NCBI GenBank assembly: GCA_964459515.1
Contig: CAYWML010000001.1
Coordinates: forward strand, 1-59,158
From: an uncultured Clostridia bacterium
GTDB taxonomy: Bacteria; Bacillota; Clostridia; Christensenellales; Borkfalkiaceae
Reading direction: 5' to 3'
DNA length: 59,158 bases
Made by a program: the position numbers and the translations under genes. This document shows positions 55,068 to 59,158 of this stretch, in pieces; positions within the stretch are counted from its first letter, which is position 1; every line of letters begins with the position of its first letter. The notes beneath the pieces were generated by a model that worked only from the letters and a program-made list of their open reading frames with translations, searched no databases and was not told where the DNA came from.

Positions 55068-55898
55068 TTAGTCCGTTTTTTCGTCGCTTTTCGGCGGCAA
55101 ACCGAGCTTTTGATAGAACACGCCCCTTTCTTCTTCGGAATACTTATATACGGAATACAGAATAAACGCGCCTATCGTTATGCAAACGATACACATGGTA
55201 AGCACCGTTCCGCCGTCGAATACAACGCCCGTGCCCAACCCCATGCGCGACGGCGTATCGAAAAGCAAACCGCAAAAGTTATATACGGCATGCACGAGCG
55301 CACTGCAAAAAACGTTTTTCGTTTTCATCAGCGCAAACGCAAACAAGCCGCCCGTCAACGTCGAATAGCACACCTGCAAAAGCGTTCCCACCGAAAAACC
55401 GTTAAAAAGGTGCGCCGCGCCGAATACTACGGAAGAAAGGAGATAGGTTTTCCAAAGTCCTTTTTTATCCGCCGAAAAACAACCTGCAAGGACGGAAAAA
55501 ATAACGCCGCGAAAAACGCATTCCTCGAATATCCCGACGGACAGACAATAGGCTATAAAGAAAAGCATATCCGCCGCTTGCGTGCGAACGAGCCGCATAT
55601 TGCCGTTGAAATAAGAGCAAAAAGGCAAATTATCTACCGCAATGCACAAACACGGCAACAAAAAGAGTAAATGCTGCGGTTTTCCGAACAGACGAATTTG
55701 CATACGCCGCATGATCAACACGGCGGCTACGCTCCCCACGGCGTTTTGCACAATCCTCGCCGCCAACATATTACGATATTCGTCCTTCGAATAACGAATA
55801 TCCGCAAAACTCAGCGCAACGGTAATCGCAAATAAAACAACGATAGCGATAAGCCGTATACGATCTACGCGATTTTTTTTCGACGTTTTTTCCTGCAT
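55068..55898 (-). CDS. CPBP-family intramembrane glutamic endopeptidase (CAAX protease / Abi, PF02517-like)
   Basis: Polytopic, with the motifs FEECVFRG, FGAAHLFN and LVHAVYNF. Start set to the ATG at 55898, 5 nt after GGAG. The upstream extension in the ORF track overlaps the predicted -10. Confidence 0.8.
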   Translation of the reverse strand: MQEKTSKKNRVDRIRLIAIVVLFAITVALSFADIRYSKDEYRNMLAARIVQNAVGSVAAVLIMRRMQIRLFGKPQHLLFLLPCLCIAVDNLPFCSYFNGNMRLVRTQAADMLFFIAYCLSVGIFEECVFRGVIFSVLAGCFSADKKGLWKTYLLSSVVFGAAHLFNGFSVGTLLQVCYSTLTGGLFAFALMKTKNVFCSALVHAVYNFCGLLFDTPSRMGLGTGVVFDGGTVLTMCIVCITIGAFILYSVYKYSEEERGVFYQKLGLPPKSDEKTD

Positions 55899-56002
55899 AA
55901 CCACTCCGTGAAAGGCAAAGCCGCGCCGTTTCGGCGTACACTCGCTCCCCTGCCGTAGATTTTTATCGAACAGTGCCCCTATTCGGCTGTCGTAACGCAT
56001 AT

Positions 56003-56031
56003 AGTATAGCATATTTTTCGTCGCTTGGCAA
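56003..56031 (-). promoter_or_regulatory. Candidate promoter of the CPBP gene
   Basis: The minus strand reads TTGCCA (56031-56026), a 17-nt spacer, then TATACT (56008-56003). This implies a ~100-nt leader. Confidence 0.45.
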
Positions 56032-56196
56032 GAATTTCAAAGCGTGTTCCTTGAAGCTCTGCCCTTGTCAAAAAATATTTCCGCGCTATCCATTCTTCGA
56101 CGTATTTCCGTCGCGACTTACGGCGTAGTTATCGTTTTTTTACCCGATTTACGTTTGCCGCCGATAAAAAAAATTAAAACGCAAATACTGTTTTCA

Positions 56197-58434
56197 ATGA
56201 AAATCGTACGAAATATACTGCTTGCGCTGCTCGCGCTCGCCCTGCTACTCGTCGCCGTATTCGGTGGATATTATTACGCCGTCACGAAAGACGCGACGTT
56301 GCAACCCGAAAAATTAACGCTTAGCGACGATTCCCTCGTCGTTTACGACAAATACGCCTGCGCCGTACGAAACGACGCCACGGCGGCGCGTAGCCCCGTA
56401 CGCATCGACGAGCTTTCCGCACAAACCATAAACGCCTTCGTCTACACGGAGGACAAGCATTTTTTCAAGCACGGCGGTTTCGACGTAAAACGCATCGCAA
56501 AAGCCGCGTGGAACAATCTGAAAGCCAAATCGTTTAAGGAAGGCGCGTCCACCATTTCGCAACAGCTGATCAAAAACACCCATTTATCGCAAGAAAAAAC
56601 CATACGCAGAAAACTGCAAGAATGGAAGCTTACGAAACAATTGGAGGATCGCTACGACAAAAAAGAAATTCTTGAAAAATACCTAAATACCATTTACTTT
56701 GGGCACAACTGCTTCGGCTTACGCGCGGCGGCGAGTTTTTATTTCGGAAAAGAACCGAACGAGCTGACGACGGCAGACTCCGCCGTGTTGGCAGGGCTTG
56801 TGAAATCGCCCAATCGTTACTCACCTTTCAAAAATCCGCAAGACTGCAAACGAAGAAAAGCCACCGTGCTGAAACTGCTCCGCGAAAACGGCGTAATCGA
56901 CGAACGCGAAGAAAACGCCGCGTTGCAAACGCCGCTCCCCGTCCGCGCGGAACGCCCCTACGACGGTAGCGGTTTTACCGACTTTCTCTTCGACGAATTG
57001 AGCGGTATTGCGGAACGCGAAAAATTGCGTCTCGGCGGAAAAATCGAAATTTATACTCAATTCGACCTCGCCTTGCAAACGGAGCTGGAAAAAATTGCCG
57101 CCGAAGCGGAAGATTGCGACAAAACGCTGTTCGTGCTCGACGGAAATACCCACGCTTTTAAGGCTTGCGTTTCCACGACGGGAAATATCCGTCGGTTGCC
57201 CGGCTCGCTGTTGAAACCGCTACTCGTTTACGCGCCTGCCCTCGAAGAAAACCTGCTCTCGCCCGATACGCCGATTTTAGACGAACCCGTACGATATAAC
57301 GGCTATGCGCCCGAAAACTACGACGGCATTTTTCACGGCTACGTGAGCGTACGCGAATGTTTGGAAAAAAGCTTGAACATACCTGCCGTAAAAACGCTGC
57401 AATCGCTGGGAACGGAACGCGCCTCCGAATATATGCAAAAACTCGGTTTGCCCGTAGAAGCAGACGATCGTTCTCTTGCGCTTGCCCTCGGCGGCATGAA
57501 AAACGGCTATACGCTACAAGCCTTGACGGCGGCTTATGCCGCGCTCCAAAACGGCGGCGTTTTTCAAGAATGCGGCTTTATCACGGAAATACGCATAGAC
57601 GGCAAGCGCGTTTATCGAAAAAACGACGAACAACAACGAGTTTTCAGCGCAGAAAGCGCGTACCTGACGACGGATATGTTGAAAGACGTCGTAAAAAGCG
57701 GCACGGCGAAAAAAATGCGTACCCTGCCCTTCCCCGTAGCGGCAAAAACGGGAACGGTCGGCACGAGCAAAGGCAACAGCGACGCCTATACCGTTTCCTA
57801 TACGACAAAAGACTGCATCGGCGTTTGGCTCGGAAACGCGAACAACGCCCCCGTTGACTATACGGGCGGCGGTCTGCCCTGCGCCATGAGCCTTGCCGTG
57901 CATCGCTTCCTTTACGAGGAATACGAGCGCAACGGCGTTGCCTTATCCGACTTTCAAAAGCCGGACGGCGTAGCATCCGTAGACATCGATAAACACGCCT
58001 ATTATGACACGCACACTATTATGCTTGCCGATACAGCCGCACCTGCGGAATATCGTATGCGCGCCTTAATGAAAAAGAGCTGTATACCCACAAAAAAGTC
58101 TGATTTTTTCAGCAATCCGACGATTTCAGCCCCCGAACTCACCGTCGAAAACAATCAAGCGATCATTCGTTTCAACGGGTACTTTCCCGACCTGTATCGA
58201 TATAGAATCGAACGCTACGATTATACCACGCATACTACTTTATACGAGGGAGAACGCATAGAGATCTTTCAAGACGAATTAGAGGAAGGCAAACACTACC
58301 GATACAGCGTAACTCCGATGTATAACGGCGTTTGCGGAACGCCCGTCCATCTTCCCGTCGTCTCCACGAAAAACGGCGAAACGCCGCCCGAACAAAATAA
58401 TTCCATTCTCGAAAAAAATTGGTGGGAATACTAA
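56197..58434 (+). CDS. Class A penicillin-binding protein (bifunctional GT51 glycosyltransferase / transpeptidase)
   Basis: N-terminal TM helix, GT51 motifs EDKHFFKHGGFD and GASTISQQL, and transpeptidase SLLK (SxxK) and KTGT. Has a ~150-aa extra C-terminal domain. Start set to the ATG at 56197 (MKIVRNILLALL...); no clear SD. Confidence 0.85.
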   Translation: MKIVRNILLALLALALLLVAVFGGYYYAVTKDATLQPEKLTLSDDSLVVYDKYACAVRNDATAARSPVRIDELSAQTINAFVYTEDKHFFKHGGFDVKRIAKAAWNNLKAKSFKEGASTISQQLIKNTHLSQEKTIRRKLQEWKLTKQLEDRYDKKEILEKYLNTIYFGHNCFGLRAAASFYFGKEPNELTTADSAVLAGLVKSPNRYSPFKNPQDCKRRKATVLKLLRENGVIDEREENAALQTPLPVRAERPYDGSGFTDFLFDELSGIAEREKLRLGGKIEIYTQFDLALQTELEKIAAEAEDCDKTLFVLDGNTHAFKACVSTTGNIRRLPGSLLKPLLVYAPALEENLLSPDTPILDEPVRYNGYAPENYDGIFHGYVSVRECLEKSLNIPAVKTLQSLGTERASEYMQKLGLPVEADDRSLALALGGMKNGYTLQALTAAYAALQNGGVFQECGFITEIRIDGKRVYRKNDEQQRVFSAESAYLTTDMLKDVVKSGTAKKMRTLPFPVAAKTGTVGTSKGNSDAYTVSYTTKDCIGVWLGNANNAPVDYTGGGLPCAMSLAVHRFLYEEYERNGVALSDFQKPDGVASVDIDKHAYYDTHTIMLADTAAPAEYRMRALMKKSCIPTKKSDFFSNPTISAPELTVENNQAIIRFNGYFPDLYRYRIERYDYTTHTTLYEGERIEIFQDELEEGKHYRYSVTPMYNGVCGTPVHLPVVSTKNGETPPEQNNSILEKNWWEY

Positions 58435-58461
58435 GGCAACGCCGTATCGGCTTAAAATATC

Positions 58462-58502
58462 GCAAAAAAAACCGTCGTTCGGCTTTACGCAAAACGGCGG
58501 TT
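58462..58502 (-). terminator. thiI terminator
   Basis: Stem aaccgtcgtt / aacggcggtt (one G-U pair), followed on the minus strand by T9. Confidence 0.6.
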
Positions 58503-58519
58503 ACGGCTTTTCGTCGCAT

Positions 58520-59158
58520 TTACAGCTTGATTTTCTCTAAGGAAGCAAACGCTTCTTCAATCAAGCCTTCTACATCCAATTTTTCTTCTTCGCGCAAAAT
58601 ATCTTTGAGCTTCGGGCGAATGGCGGGAAAATCGGGTAAAAACACCGTGCAACAGTCCTCAAAAGGCAAAATCGAAGTTTCGTACGCGCCCATTTTCACC
58701 GATTTTTCGATGATTTCGTTTTTATCGAACCCGACCAACGGACGCAACACGGGCAAACGCTCCACGACGGAATTGGAGGAAGTCATACCCTCGATCGTTT
58801 GGCTCGCCACCTGCCCCAAGCTTTCGCCCGTTATCAGGCATTGTCCGCCGATTTTCAAAGCAAGCCGTTCGGCTATGCGATACATAAAACGGCGCAAAAG
58901 CGTTATCATCAATTCCGCGCGGCATTTTTCGTGTATTTCTTCTTGAATATGCGTTACGCTGACGGTATATACCGTCGTTCCGCAAGTATACCGCGAAAGA
59001 ATTTTCGCCAAATCGATCACTTTTTCTTTGGCTTGCATATTCGTATAAGGATAGCTGTGGAAATGCAGGCAATCGACGTTCATTCCGCGTTTTGCCATCA
59101 TGTAGCCGGCAACGGGGCTGTCAATGCCGCCCGAAAGCAGCAATAAGCCGTTCCCTGC
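58520..59158 (-). CDS. thiI: tRNA 4-thiouridine synthase ThiI, C-terminal part; the 5' end lies beyond the window
   Basis: PP-loop LLSGGIDSPVA. The frame stays open to the window edge (…AGNGLLLLSGGIDS), so the TTG at 59143 in the ORF track is not the real start. Confidence 0.85.
   Translation of the reverse strand, partial: AGNGLLLLSGGIDSPVAGYMMAKRGMNVDCLHFHSYPYTNMQAKEKVIDLAKILSRYTCGTTVYTVSVTHIQEEIHEKCRAELMITLLRRFMYRIAERLALKIGGQCLITGESLGQVASQTIEGMTSSNSVVERLPVLRPLVGFDKNEIIEKSVKMGAYETSILPFEDCCTVFLPDFPAIRPKLKDILREEEKLDVEGLIEEAFASLEKIKL

Noticed and set aside
1-59158. Mobile elements, prophage remnants, defence systems, toxin-antitoxin pairs and biosynthetic clusters.
   Set aside because: No transposase, integrase, recombinase, restriction/modification, Cas, abortive-infection ATPase, toxin or NRPS/PKS signatures are visible in any frame. 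The CPBP 'Abi' protein is a membrane protease family member, not evidence of a phage-defence system by itself.

Overview
This 59-kb window looks like conserved chromosomal backbone from a Bacillota (Clostridia-like) organism that is probably a spore-former. Almost every gene is housekeeping. From left to right on the minus strand: spoIIID; a ParE/ParC-type topoisomerase pair; a HAD hydrolase; a HelD-like helicase; and argS. A small plus-strand block follows with ychF, an Sfp-type PPTase, a Pfs-like nucleosidase and ung, plus a divergent C_GCAxxG gene. The minus strand then resumes with a ynbB-like PLP enzyme; miaB-mutS-mutL-miaA; rny; ftsK-rimO-pgsA-cinA-recA; and a full dcw cluster, mraZ-rsmH-ftsL-pbp-murE-mraY-murD-ftsW-murA-ftsQ | ftsA-ftsZ | murC. 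murI comes next. The plus strand carries rpsT, an HTH-cupin regulator with potABCD, a small XRE / lipoprotein / CPBP-protease patch and a class A PBP, followed by a truncated minus-strand thiI at the right edge. I found no rRNA or tRNA genes, CRISPR array, transposase, integrase, or recognisable defence or toxin-antitoxin genes. I cannot support a claim of a novel multi-gene system here. Four non-coding or architectural oddities are most worth a second look. (1) A hairpin-dense, internally repetitive non-coding tract at the left edge runs into the 3' end of spoIIID. (2) Two near-identical Cheo/SOS-box-like palindromes lie upstream of the mraZ promoter, inside an atypical murI tail. (3) A triple TATGTCACRCAT motif lies in front of the ynbB-like gene. 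(4) The ParE-like subunit carries a ~55-aa acidic insertion. Many operons have near-consensus sigma-A promoters (TTGACA-17-TATAAT) and clear hairpin terminators that can be read directly from the sequence. In the supplied ORF track, TTG and GTG starts are printed as M and many ORFs are over-extended upstream. I corrected starts where an SD sequence or a neighbouring gene made this clear.
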